Source: Albugo candida
Lineage: Eukaryota
Assembly: GCA_040437565.1 (NCBI GenBank)
Contig: JBDOQK010000045.1
Span: 62,001-126,000 of the forward strand
Direction: 5' to 3'
Length of the DNA stretch: 64,000 nucleotides
Shown: in pieces, positions 51,857-64,000 of the stretch
Position numbering within the stretch: the stretch's first letter is position 1
Layout: each line of letters starts with the position of its first letter
The notes under the pieces: model-generated
Seen by the model: the letters and a program-made list of their open reading frames with translations, nothing else
Told to the model about the DNA's origin: nothing
Databases searched by the model: none
Program-made: the position numbers and the translations under genes

Positions 51857-54279
51857 TCCAGTTCTCCAACTAAATATGAACTATGCATGCATGTACAATG
51901 GAGGTTGTTACAGATATGTTATCGCCATGCAGACTACTGATTCAAGACTCGCGAGTAATTAATGCTTTGGATAGAAACATCGAAATCTTATCGAGATCAA
52001 CGACTTTGCACTCAGTTCATTGTACCTCAATTCGGTCGTGTAGAACACTCTCTGAATGATCTTGTGATGAAGAAGCAAACGGTTATCTCAGGAAGTGTTG
52101 TCTCGATTACTGCGGCATGATATGCTCGTTTTCTCCTAGACCCAAAACCATGTGGATGGAGTTCGATAATTCACATCAAGACCATTTACTTCTTGCCGCC
52201 TTGGCTATGTGCTGCTTCTAGATCAGACTGCGTGAAAGGTCTTGTTCAAAGTCACTTCAATCTGAGCTGACCACCTCCTTCTAGATGGCCAAAGAAGTCA
52301 TGAAGTGCTGATTGTTAGCTATTGAGGGTCTGTGGATGTAATACAACGGGTCTGCTTACTACGTTCAAGCTGGTAACTTTTGCGTTTCTTGTTAGTTTGG
52401 TAGCATTTTCGTTTACATGAACATGCTGCTAGCACGCAACTATTTTCTTTTTCTCGCGCACTTCTTGGCAAAGAGGTCATATCGTACGAGCTTCAGGCTA
52501 GAAAGTACGCTGACCTTGTGGGCCTCCTTCAAGAATTCCTAGTATCGACTCGCGAACTAGAGCAATTCTCAATCCATGTTGAAGAGGTCCTTTCCCATTT
52601 TCGAGAGGGCGTGCAAAACTTTGATACCAAAATTCACTCTTCGTCTTTTTCTTCAGTACGACGTGCTCTCCCATAAAGATAGCGTTTTTGTTCATTGTGT
52701 TCGCATACGCCTTAACAGACACCACAAACAACTCGAAATTGGTCGGGTACCATTACAGCCTTCAGCGAGATGTAGTCAAATTTTGCCGAGCATGTGAAGA
52801 TGCTTTTGTGACAACAGAAGCCCCGAAGACGATATAGTGACTGTGCAAGCAGTCTCGCTGATAGTGCTTTTGGATCCTCTCATTCTACTACTGATTGCAG
52901 TATCTTCCTGCTCCATCGGTGATATGCGAGATCACGAGCCAAACATAATATCTTTAAGCCCCATACTGGGATGGATAGTGAGCGTCGATGACGAGGAGAG
53001 CCAGCCGCATTAATGGATAAGGATTAAAAGTTCTTTATAGGCTGACTGGTTTGAACCAAACTCGACCGGGTTATGTATATATTAAGCGCACAAAAGGAAC
53101 TTGTATGCAAGATGGCCTCGATTTCGATCGTTTTTGGTGTGACGTTTGTTGATAGATGTATCGACCCGAGTACATCAGTGACGCGTCCTGTGCAGCATAT
53201 GCGTGTAGAATACCACGCATGAATGATTCGTAGATTTATAATTAATGACTTGTGAGAAAGTAGGGTCTACTTAATTCTCAGTGCCCACATCGGCTTGTAT
53301 TCCTTGCAGAACTAACGAATCAAAATGGAGGAAGGTTTGAGAGTAGTAATGCGGAATGCGCTCGTGATTAAACAATCATTTCCGAAAAGTTGAGATTTTT
53401 AGTACGACCACATCATTTGATTCAAGTGTGAGCCTTCATGCACGATTGCGATACAGGCAACAAGTCAGATTCTCGCACATACTCACGACAAAGAGTAGGA
53501 ATGGTGTTTTATGTAATTTTCAGTGAGAAATCTTCGCGATCATTTCTGATATCCTTCTCATAAAACGGATTCTGCGCTGGTACGCAATGGATGAAACGAC
53601 AAGCCTTGTTGACATTTGGAAGGAAGATTAAGCGTACCTGCACATTAAGCTGGTGATTTACTCTCCCAATATCGGTGAAGCTTTGAGTAAGTATTGACTA
53701 ACTTCTGATAACTCCCGTGTCGCCCGAGTGTGATGTGGTCCGAGTGATAAAGAGAGCACTGACATCCGTTGGTGAAGACGCCAAGTTGAGCGAACGTGAG
53801 GCTCTTTATTATTATGTTTTATTCGTTCACGTAAGTTCGTATGCTCCTTTTCCGAAAAGAATACGACGCATCCTAAGATTCTTTTCCGTCTATCATTATC
53901 GCTTTTGTCGCATTCTTAAGTACTCTGACTTCCAGAAGAATCGCATGAAACATAAGAGTGCATCCTTTTGCATCAAGAACTTAAGAAGATCAACAAGGTT
54001 GATAGATCAAGAAGGATAATAGATTAAGAGCGTTGGTAGATTAGGAAGGTTAAGAAGGTTAGGAATGTCGTTTGCCATGCTAGATTGAAGTGATTGATCA
54101 AATTAGCGTGGCCTCGGAATAGTTGGAATGAGCTGAAACACATCATCGCTTTAGAATTTAATGCTAAATTAGAACGAGCTCGTGAAAGACATGTCCTTCA
54201 ATTTTATATCATTCTGCCGTGTCAACGACCGATTAAGGTTTCTCTTGAGTCTCATTATGATGATATCACCATATTTATT

Positions 54280-56560
54280 TCAGCTTAAAAGGGTGCTTTG
54301 AGTCTCACATGACATTCTTTCGTTCCTATTCGCCAGCTGGCATAGCCACATCGAGTAGCAGAAGGCGCATACTGTCAACGATGTTGTCGCTTCATCGATG
54401 TAGCACTTTATGCTCAATGACTGGAGACACTTCTTGTTGTAACCACGAACCTCCGCCTTGAAGACAGTACATGTCATCAGCCGTGTTGCTCAAAACGATG
54501 GATTTTATAGAATATCAGAGTTTATCTTTATCCCATATGGAAGTTGGAAGAGTGTCTTCCGACAACTCTGTCAACCGGTTGACTTCTGACTCCCAGCTGG
54601 ATCTTACATTGGATTATACATGTAGATCCTGCAGTAAGCACGTAAACAGGTGAGGTGATTTCTCTAACAACAGCGATGTCGGAGCTAGAGCAGTGCTGGA
54701 GAAAGTATTGATAGCTCTGTAGTAGGATATTCCCCAAGCGACGTACTGACTATACGCTTTATCAACGGAGGTCTCAGCTTTTGTTCCATCTCTCTTTTAT
54801 AGCGATCTTGAAAAGGTATGACGGTAGGGCCCATACCATGTCAATGCTTCTCAATTGTGTTATCCGAGTTGAACTAGTGGCTATTCTGCGCATTCAGAGT
54901 ACCCTCTTGATAAAGCTTCTCTAGCCTGCTACAGTACTCAACGACATTGACTTGTAGCAGAAGCGAAGAAGGGATTATCCAAATTACAATTCTTTGCTTC
55001 AGTCCAATCCTTTTTATTTTATGTGTGGGTATATGGCCGATTGCTGCGCGATCATGAAAAGAATTTGTGACCTTACATGGTCAAAAATCACAACAAATTT
55101 CGTGGAATTACAGATCAAGGACAGAATTGCATAACGTTTCGCCGATGTGAACGGGAGATGCAGACAAAATGGTACACAGCTATAGCTCGCCACTGAAATA
55201 GATTGTTCCAGATTTATCTCGATAATGAATCAACCACAGCAAGTTTATGGCGCAAGCTTACGTCTGAAGAGATGATGCGATGGTTCTTTCAGGATGTCGA
55301 ATATTTGCGCAGACAGAGAGCACGATGAACAACGCTGTACTTATAACTGTATGAGAAGGTAAGCACAACTTTCGAGACGTTGCCGCATTCTGCTGACAGT
55401 GTACAACAATGGATTGATGAGGTGAGAGCCGCAAAAGTGAGCTGCAGTTGATCGCGGCTGCGTGCTTTGTTTTTGTGGATCAAGAGAGTCGTATACGTTG
55501 AAACGCTGCAGGAATGCTCTGAACAGAACTCTGACTCCACAGAGCATTGGGATTACTTAGGTTCACCCGATCAGCAAATAAATGAGTTGCAATCCGCTGT
55601 TTTGCTTCTGATATCCATCTAGTTTACGAATGCGATTTGCGACAGAAATATTGAGGTTCTTAAGTCTAATTTGTACTTCTTTGGTCCAATTTTTGATACA
55701 TTTCGTCAATTAGCGTGGATTGCGATGGAGATGGGTCTGGAGACGGCGGAGCATATGCATGGCAAAGATACCGTTCTGGATAGACCATATACTGAAAAGA
55801 TATCGCCACCATCTAAATTGTCTAAAAGTTCCTCCAAAGGTTTACATGCCCGAGCTGAAGAATTGATAAGTTTACAACGTCAACGTCGAAGCTTTCTTTC
55901 AGGAACAAGCTTGCTTCCAGCACATACTTAGCCACCTCAGCGTGTTTTAACGGCGCTGGCAACGGTCCTTCTGGCTCGGTTGTTCCGTTTTATCGACTAG
56001 GTGCCGCTCATCAAGCGGTATGCTTCTTGTACGTGTGGATGACCAATTCCAGATCGTATCACTGATTCATCGAGCCAAAAGTTGTAGAGCTCTCTTCAAA
56101 TAGTACAACTCTTCGTCTCTGACTCGGTCCAGCTCTGTATTCCACAGTACTCCCCTACACAGACAGCAAGTCCCTATTTTACTTTGTTTTGCGATTCCAA
56201 TACAGAGACTAGCCGATGGAGGAATTCGTCGGAGCTGGAAAATAGGGTCAAATAGTGATCGGGCATCAGGTGGTTTGCTTCTTTTGGCACAGTTGCAAGA
56301 ATTCATGTGTGGATCGCGCAATCCTGAAGTTGTCAACATTCTAGAAGCTCGTCAGTTTATTCGTTAATCATCGGAGGAGCAGTATGAACATTTCCAAATA
56401 AGCTGATGAGCGTCTTCTCGATGCGTTATCATCGATAATGAATGCAATACGCGAGAATGTGAAGCTCGTGGTCAATCTTTTCCTTCCAACGTTGTCCACT
56501 GAAGGCATTGAGCTCACCTGACCATGTGATGATGAATAACCACACGTACTTTACAAATCT
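54280..56560 (-). pseudogene. Probable decayed CCG-like Cys-repeat secreted protein gene
   Basis: Signal-peptide-like KYVWLFIITWSGELNA at ~56550. Fragments FRIARSTHEFLQLCQK, IGTCCLCRG..LYYLK, YVLTAGSTCIIQC and LTVCAFCYSMW echo the CxxC modules of 58686-60408. Many disruptions. Confidence 0.35.
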
Positions 56561-57098
56561 AAGTTATAAGCACTATGCGTGTAATTGTGTACGTGTATGA
56601 AAGTCTTCAAATTGTGACATCACACAAAGGCTTAAGAATGACATCTCATTATTCAGAGCCTCATCCTCAATCTCGCCACGCTTCCTTATGCGTCTGGCGT
56701 CACATGTGAATCAAGCGCAAATGAATGCAACCTGTAGTGAGAGTATTTCTGTGACGCCTGGGACGTTTGTATCGACTTAGAACCGAAGATTTGGTTGCGT
56801 GGTGAGATGCATAAAAGTCGTATTTATGTTTCCAAAGAAGTCACGCCGATTCAAACAAACGATTCAGTGTCATCGTCGTGTATTTTCAGTAATGGCATGT
56901 CGTGAAAGCTCATCAACATCCCCGAAGCAATCTTCCGCGTTCAAGTGGGCAGTGAACTGCGATCGAGTTATGTCCGTTTTTCCACCACTTTTGTTGAAAG
57001 AGTGCTCTAAATATAGTCAGAACGATTGCATTAAGCATATTGTGAATCGTTTCTGTCTGATCTGCATGTCCTTCTTATTTTGAGAATTATGATGATTA

Positions 57099-58788
57099 CT
57101 GTCAAGCTCTAGAGTGTTGGAAAATTTCAGCTGTACGTTTTGATACAGCAGCTGAATGCCGTTGTGAACGCCGATCTTTGAACATCTGTGCACTGAAAAG
57201 GGTACACGCTGATAAAGGCAGCTCTCCTCTATTGGCTAATATCATGAAGAAATATGCTGATTAACACGAGCTTAACTCTTTTTTTTACAGCAAGGCAGCA
57301 TATGTCAGGGTTGAGCAGCGTTTCAGAGCGTATCACGATGTTTGTATCAAGAAGTTTTTTGCGGCATAGATTGAGCCTTCCGCGATAATGGTCAATACGT
57401 TCTTCTCGAAATAGCAACTTGTACACGTAGCAATAACGTACAGGTGTTATACTTTATATAGCCGTTGCGTAAGGTTGTCCTTATACCAACCAAAAGATGA
57501 CGCACTAATTGGTCGACCGATATCCCTACTCCCTTAGTTCCATTTTCTAGCGCAGAGGATTGGATAAAACACATCGAAGTTGTTGCACTCGTAATGTTGG
57601 AGCGCTAATTGTCACATACAGCATATTATTTTATATCCTTGCGGGAATAATTAATAGCCGAGTATTGCTCTCTTTATCAGGTATACAAGGGTATGCGCTA
57701 TACAAGAATATGATGAATGGTTTAATCGACAGGGATAAGGAACCCAACTATCACCACGTTCCATAAATCCATTTCCAGCACATTGAGTCGATGCTCCTTC
57801 TCTGCATACTTGCTGTCGTATGGCACGTTGGACACCCCACTCAGCATTTGGAATCACTTGAAGTCATCGTGACTACGTTGCCTAATCGAGACTNNNNNNN
57901 NNNNNNNNNNNNNNNNNNNNNNNNNNNNNNNNNNNNNNNNNNNNNNNNNNNNNNNNNNNNNNNNNNNNNNNNNNNNNNNNNNNNNNNNNNNNNCTGTCAA
58001 GCTCTAGAGTGTTGGAAAATTTCAGCTGTACGTTTTGATACAGCAGCTGAATGCCGTTGTGAACGCCGATCTTTGAACATCTGTGCACTGAAAAGGGTAC
58101 ACGCTGATAAAGGCAGCTCTCCTCTATTGGCTAATATCATGAAGAAATATGCTGATTAACACGAGCTTAACTCTTTTTTTTACAGCAAGGCAGCATATGT
58201 CAGGGTTGAGCAGCGTTTCAGAGCGTATCACGATGTTTGTATCAAGAAGTTTTTTGCGGCATAGATTGAGCCTTCCGCGATAATGGTCAATACGTTCTTC
58301 TCGAAATAGCAACTTGTACACGTAGCAATAACGTACAGGTGTTATACTTTATATAGCCGTTGCGTAAGGTTGTCCTTATACCAACCAAAAGATGACGCAC
58401 TAATTGGTCGACCGATATCCCTACTCCCTTAGTTCCATTTTCTAGCGCAGAGGATTGGATAAAACACATCGAAGTTGTTGCACTCGTAATGTTGGAGCGC
58501 TAATTGTCACATACAGCATATTATTTTATATCCTTGCGGGAATAATTAATAGCCGAGTATTGCTCTCTTTATCAGGTATACAAGGGTATGCGCTATACAA
58601 GAATATGATGAATGGTTTAATCGACAGGGATAAGGAACCCAACTATCACCACGTTCCATAAATCCATTTCCAGCACATTGAGTCGATGCTCCTTCTCTGC
58701 ATACTTGCTGTCGTATGGCACGTTGGACACCCCACTCAGCATTTGGAATCACTTGAAGTCATCGTGACTACGTTGCCTAATCGAGACT
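57099..58788. other. 100-N gap (57894-57993) with 795-bp flanking duplication
   Basis: 57099-57893 = 57994-58788; identical ORFs offset by 895 nt. Confidence 0.9.
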
Positions 58789-60408
58789 GTCAAACCTGTT
58801 TGATCCACGCAGGCGCAATCCACTTGGAAGAGTCAGACGTAAAGTTACGAAGTTACCACGTACTGGGCCGTGGGAGTACCAAACTATTTCCAAGCCAATT
58901 TGATCAAATGCTTTAGTTCAAAAGAATGTTATACATTGAGAGTCGAAAATTCCGACATCGCAATTCCTCACGAAGGCATTGGTGGGATATTCTCCACTCC
59001 CGCTGCTACAATGATACTGAATAGGAACCGTGTTGGCAATGCACAGGAAAGATCCTCAAGTGGTATGCCAACGACACATTCACGTCAATTTGCGCTTAGC
59101 AACGATCCCACACGAAAGAGAAAAAGAGCATCCACTCATATGTGCATTCTCAGAAGCATCGAACAATTTCCTTTTATATGTGAAACATGTATCCACAAAT
59201 GCAGTGATTCTGGCAGCATGGAAAGACACTTCATACAGTACAAAGACATGCAAGGTTATATTTATGTGATCGAAACACTGGATGATAAAGCATTTTCGAC
59301 CTCATGTTACACAACGAACTTCTGCAAAGGATCATCGTTTGTCCTACCATATCAGCTATGCAACATATTCAAGGATAGGATATCTGCAAACTCGAATGCT
59401 CATGTACAGATCTTTGTCCCGAGACTTCGAATTCGGATTGAAGACCATGTATTACAAAAAATTAAATTGACTAATGCCCAATCTCAAAAATTAAATTGCC
59501 TATCTCGACACATTAATGGACCATCGTATTGCTTGGAAGTACCCAAAGCGTTCGATGAATCTGGTAAATATTGCTGGGAATGCCTGAGCAGACATTTTGA
59601 AGGACTCGTTGTTTTGGACAGTGCCGAAGTGGACAGCATAGAACAAGACCTGTTTTATATGTATCTGTTCACTGCAAAATCCAACATTCTTATCGAGAGC
59701 GAAAGATGTTCCAGTTCTTGTGGCAAAGTCGATTTCAGCAGCCATTGTCATTCAGAAGTTCGACACGTAACCCATTTATTACCTCCTCAGAATATTATAA
59801 CCTGGATGGAACGCGTCGCCGACAAATCAAATACTGGTCCTGGCTGCTTCGTTGTGCGTCGTTTGCTTTTATCCAAATGCCTTGAATGCTTTAAAGATTC
59901 AACATTGCACCGTCTTACGCCATTGACATTTTTAGTCGCTCTGGGTCCAGACTCAAATGCTCTCAAAGCATTGCGATGCTCAGTGGGAGAAGGAGCCTGC
60001 GCAGATTTCGATCTTGTGCCGTACGATTTCTGCGAATACGAATTCGAAAAATCCAAAAGGACGAATATCGAGCTATGGCAGAATCCGAGTGCATATTACT
60101 CACAAAACGCTTTATATGGATTTGATGCAAGCATTGCTGGAATGGTGCAAGTCTTCGAGTGGCTTCCACAACACGACCCAAATAGCAGAAAATTCGGCTA
60201 TTGCGTTGCCTGTTTTGCGCTTAAGCTTAAAGTTGTGCTTGTATCTGCGTCAGAGAAGTATTTATGGCTGGTGAATGGCAATTGCTTACCAGTTTGTGAA
60301 GGGTGTAATGAGAGATTAAAACCTGGTCCGCTATTTCCATATGATCAGTATCTTCGGCAGATACCGATCGTAGATGTGATGACTTACTTTGAAATTGCGA
60401 GGGCGTAA
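58686..60408 (+). CDS. CCG/CHxC-class-like secreted effector with a single frame break near 58870-58900 (pseudogene, sequence error or very short intron)
   Basis: ATG 58686 gives signal peptide MLLLCILAVVWHVGHPT, then CQTCLIHAGAIHL...YHVLG. The +1 frame continues for 512 codons with repeated CxxC modules (CETCIHKC, CWECLSRHFEG, CLECFKD, CVACFALK). Confidence 0.7.
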
Positions 60409-60477
60409 ACGTGAACATGTATCGAAGGAAAACGCGTCTAAGACAAAGCGCTCGATAAAGGCAACTTCTTACGCTGA

Positions 60478-60653
60478 GGCAGACACTAAGTCAGACCTTG
60501 GTCATTTAGTAATTTNNNNNNNNNNNNNNNNNNNNNNNNNNNNNNNNNNNNNNNNNNNNNNNNNNNNNNNNNNNNNNNNNNNNNNNNNNNNNNNNNNNNN
60601 NNNNNNNNNNNNNNNGGCAGACACTAAGTCAGACCTTGGTCATTTAGTAATTT
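60478..60653. other. 100-N gap (60516-60615) with 38-bp flanking duplication
   Basis: 60478-60515 = 60616-60653. Confidence 0.9.
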
Positions 60654-60819
60654 ATCGATAGTCTGATACTAGTAAACCACGAAAGAAATGAATAATGTAT
60701 AAGACCATATAAATCATATAGATAAGGGAATCGTTAGACCTATTCTTTGATCAGCCCCTAGCCTCCATAAATTGATGAAAAGCGTGGCTTCTGATTGGTT
60801 TATATAAAAATAACAGAAT

Positions 60820-61988
60820 AAATTAAATAAAAATCACGGGAATCGGTATGCAGCCCCACCCTACGTAAAGTAATAGATTACAAATTTTGTACTCAAAAAA
60901 TGGATCTCTGTGTCAGTAGTTAGGTTGTATTGTATGCTGATTGTGCTGTCAACAGTCATATTCATCTGGCTATTCATTCATCGTAGGTGATCTACTCTCA
61001 GTGGATTCAGCAGTTTGCCTCGCCTGCAAAGGCTAGCTTGCTGTCGCTGTGCAGCAAATGCAAAGCAGCGAGCTATAGTCCAAACTGCAACTTGGATTCA
61101 TTCTCTTAAAGGTGATGGTGTGCGTAATCAAGATAAAAAAGAAGTTTTTTTTCCCAAGAAAGCTGACTGTTGTAATTTCTTTGCATCGCGGAGCGTGGTG
61201 GGACAGTTAAACACATGAATTTGCCAAAAATGAAGGTCTAGCGAGCTCACCTCGCCAAGCAGCTCAGTGATAAAATCCATGCTTTTCTGAATTTGGAGGG
61301 ATATTGTATTCCTTCTTTCATTTTCTACTTCCAATAAAGGGAGGTAAAGGTTCATGTGGGGAGTTTGGCTGGGGCGGCACATCTGTTTGTTTGCCGTTAG
61401 TGGATGCAAATTCACAAATTGTGATCACAGGACCTTTTCTGTTTCGATCGGCACGCAACCATAAAAAACAACGACGCGGACCTCTTTCAGGTTGTTATCC
61501 AGGTTACATGGTTTCCGAAACATTGTGGAAAGTGGGAAATATTTTTCTAGGCGCAGCTCATCTACAATACCAGCAGCAACTTAGTGACCGAGACTTTCAA
61601 GTTTTGTAGACTCTGATCAGTGCAAGTAATTGCAACTATGTGCCATCAACTGCAAGTGACTGCAACTTCAATTTACTTATAGGCTTGTTGACATTCGCAA
61701 TGGGCTATCCTGGCGCCCATCTTTTTCGTCATCAAGTGTGTCACTGTCTGTTAATGATTTTGATCAGCATTGATGGCTGGTACACCAGCAGCATCAACAG
61801 CACCAACATCGCCTGCAGCAGTAGACTTAGATTAAGAAGTACAAAATTTGCTGAAAGCGAAGTTCTTATCATGATTTTTATTCATTTTTTATTCCGTTGC
61901 CTTCATTGAGACCAATCAAAGGCTATGGTGTACATTAATTAATGGAGGGTGGGTCTGAAAACGATTCCCGTGATTTTTATTCTATTTA
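60820..61988 (-). mobile_element. Degenerate pogo/Tigger-like (DDE_1) DNA transposon with inverted repeats
   Basis: 60820-60862 and 61946-61988 form an imperfect inverted repeat with a 20-bp perfect core CGATTCCCGTGATTTTTATT. Internal minus-strand fragments KGPVITICEFASTNG, QYPSKFRKAWI and KKLLFYLDYAHHH resemble DDE_1 motifs. Confidence 0.6.
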
Positions 61989-62149
61989 CGGAGCCTTTTA
62001 GTTGAAGCTGTCTATATTACTAGATTTAGACGTAAATGACATCTCTAATGCCTAAACTATAATAAATAAACAAAATGAAATGCAATGTTGGTCTAAAAAG
62101 CCTCAGCGAGGCTCAGCGACTGGAATAAGATAGTACTAAGTAAGAAAAG

Positions 62150-64000
62150 AGAAATGCCACGCATCACCGACTCAGCATCGTTGACGGCGTCGAACTTGAA
62201 GCAGGTTGGGCCGAGTAGAGAAATACCTCCTGACTGAACCAGTATGTTGATAAGACGCTAATACCTGTGTCAACTGCTCGAGCTGCTCCATATCATAGAA
62301 CTGCCGTTGAAAATGGCGGATACGGGTACTCAGTGTGCTATAAGTCACCTGAAACAGCTGGCGCAGTTGGCGTCGATGTGCCGTGGGCGAAAAGTGCACG
62401 ATTCCGATCCGTCCAAATAAAATCAATCGCGACGGCGACTAATGTAAACCAAAGTCCTCCAGCACCACTCGAAAAGGTTTCCACGCATCACGAAGTGCGA
62501 GAATCCATGCACACGCGATATATAACCATCTCGGGCGAACAGAAAAGAAGATTCTCCACGACGCAAAGAGCTCATCCCAAATTGGACTTGTCCTGTTTCA
62601 ATCGAAAAACAAATGCTGGTAGCTTTCGACTGCACCACAATGCTTCTGAGTGCACAGGATGATTTCTGGATGTGATTGTTGTAAAAACCAAAATCGTGCT
62701 CGAACTGGTAAGATACAGAAGGATAGTCGGAACTGGACATCCGAATAGATCGGTAGCAAACGTCTCCGAAGAAGTTTGAAATAACTTGTAAGAATCTTTC
62801 ACCCAAGTTGACGTCCCGCTTCGATCACGTTCGATCACGCGAAGCAACAGTGTGTGTGGTTTATCCGATTGCAATGCCTTGCCAACGACTTGTTAAAGGT
62901 GATTCCGAGGTATCATCGGAAAAAAAAACCTTCTTGTCCGAGAGTTGAATGCCAAGATGAACCGGATAAGCGTGTGCCATTTCCCTTCCGGGACAGCGTA
63001 ATATGCCAGCAGGTTGAGCTCGTCGCAGGATTTGCCTTGCTTCGACCTACAACCGGCGTAAGGACTTTGATTGAGACTGATCGGACGGCTGCCCTTCCTC
63101 CCTTGTACTAAAACGCAGAATGAATTCGAGAGCAGAGTCAAACCAGTCCGTTATTCCACCAAACAAGTCATGTAAAGACCGTATTTGAAACGCTTGTGCG
63201 AAGCGCATCCGAAAACTACGCGCTGGTTCAGGCACCATTCCCAGACATCGACGATGAGCAGAGACACTCGTTGACCGTCGTCTCTTCTCAAAATGCAGAT
63301 GAGGGTCGATATGAAACCATATGAGAGCATCCATCATCGTGAGAAATCGCTCCTGTTGTGATAGAGCTTTGTCAGTAAGATCCCAATGACTTTGGTGGAA
63401 CCAAATACATGTCTGTTTCCACCAAGGTGACGCTATATTCCAATGCGCCATGGTCCTATGCTGACGTGGCGATATCGTGAGGATATCGAGTGATCGATAT
63501 GGCCCAAAATCGGGCAAATTGCATCGTGTGATCTCCATTCCAGGAAGTGTCCAGTTGCTGGGTAAAGCTGTACTGGAATGAAGTAAAAATTGCTGTAAAA
63601 ACTGAAAGCGTTGTTTCTTCAGTTGTGTTGAGATGATCGGAACCTGATAGCCATCCTATGAATGAGGTAGGTATAACAAGTCCGACTTGATCAGTTGAAC
63701 GTTTGTTGAATCGCGCTCATACTTCCGACTCAAAACGAATCGATTGAGCATGGATTGCCAGCGTCGAACGAAATGTTACGGGATGTTGAAATGAGTTGTA
63801 AGATGCCATAAACGTGATAACACCATAGTTTGTGCCACCAGTAATCTTCCACGAGCTGTTCTGGCTCGACGAAACTACTGACGAAATCCACCAGAGAAAC
63901 GATCTTCTAAGAATTCGATCATCAAATCACCAACGGGTGATTGACTGAATGGAACTCCCGAATATTTCACCGACGCGCTGGGTGAGAGTAATTTCACATG
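62150..64000 (-). mobile_element. Degenerate Ty3/gypsy-like gag-protease remnant, extending beyond the window
   Basis: Disrupted minus-strand frames contain a gag-like region (63047-63538), a degenerate knuckle (KSCDELNLLAYYA) and a retropepsin-like site (HDFGFYNNHI). Confidence 0.5.

Noticed and set aside
57099-58788. Apparent second copy of the CCG-like promoter and signal peptide (ORF 57791)
   Set aside because: Gap-flanking overlap; probably only one real copy.

Overview
Eukaryotic genomic DNA, most likely an oomycete and plausibly Albugo. This is inferred from short GT-AG introns, INR/FPR-type core promoters, TTTAGGG-type repeats and a CxxC-L-x3-G secreted protein resembling the CCG/CHxC effector class. 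The first ~9.1 kb is gene-dense and all on the + strand. It holds a 5'-truncated cyclic-nucleotide-gated channel with two pore+CNBD modules, a 3-exon TPR + 2x dsRBD protein, a secreted KAP-repeat acidic protein and a secreted expansin-like protein. The rest is gene-sparse. A ~17 kb diverged tandem array (~4.6 units of 3.6-3.9 kb) carries a TFIIA-gamma-like gene in each unit, intact only in copy 1. There are two intact and one decayed secreted single-lobe pepsin-like genes lacking the catalytic Asp, two decayed Ty3/gypsy elements, a pogo-like TIR element, a frame-broken CCG-like effector and a probable decayed paralogue of it. Five 100-N gaps are each flanked by apparently identical direct duplications and are probably scaffolding artefacts. 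All domain calls are by-eye motif recognition, not database searches.
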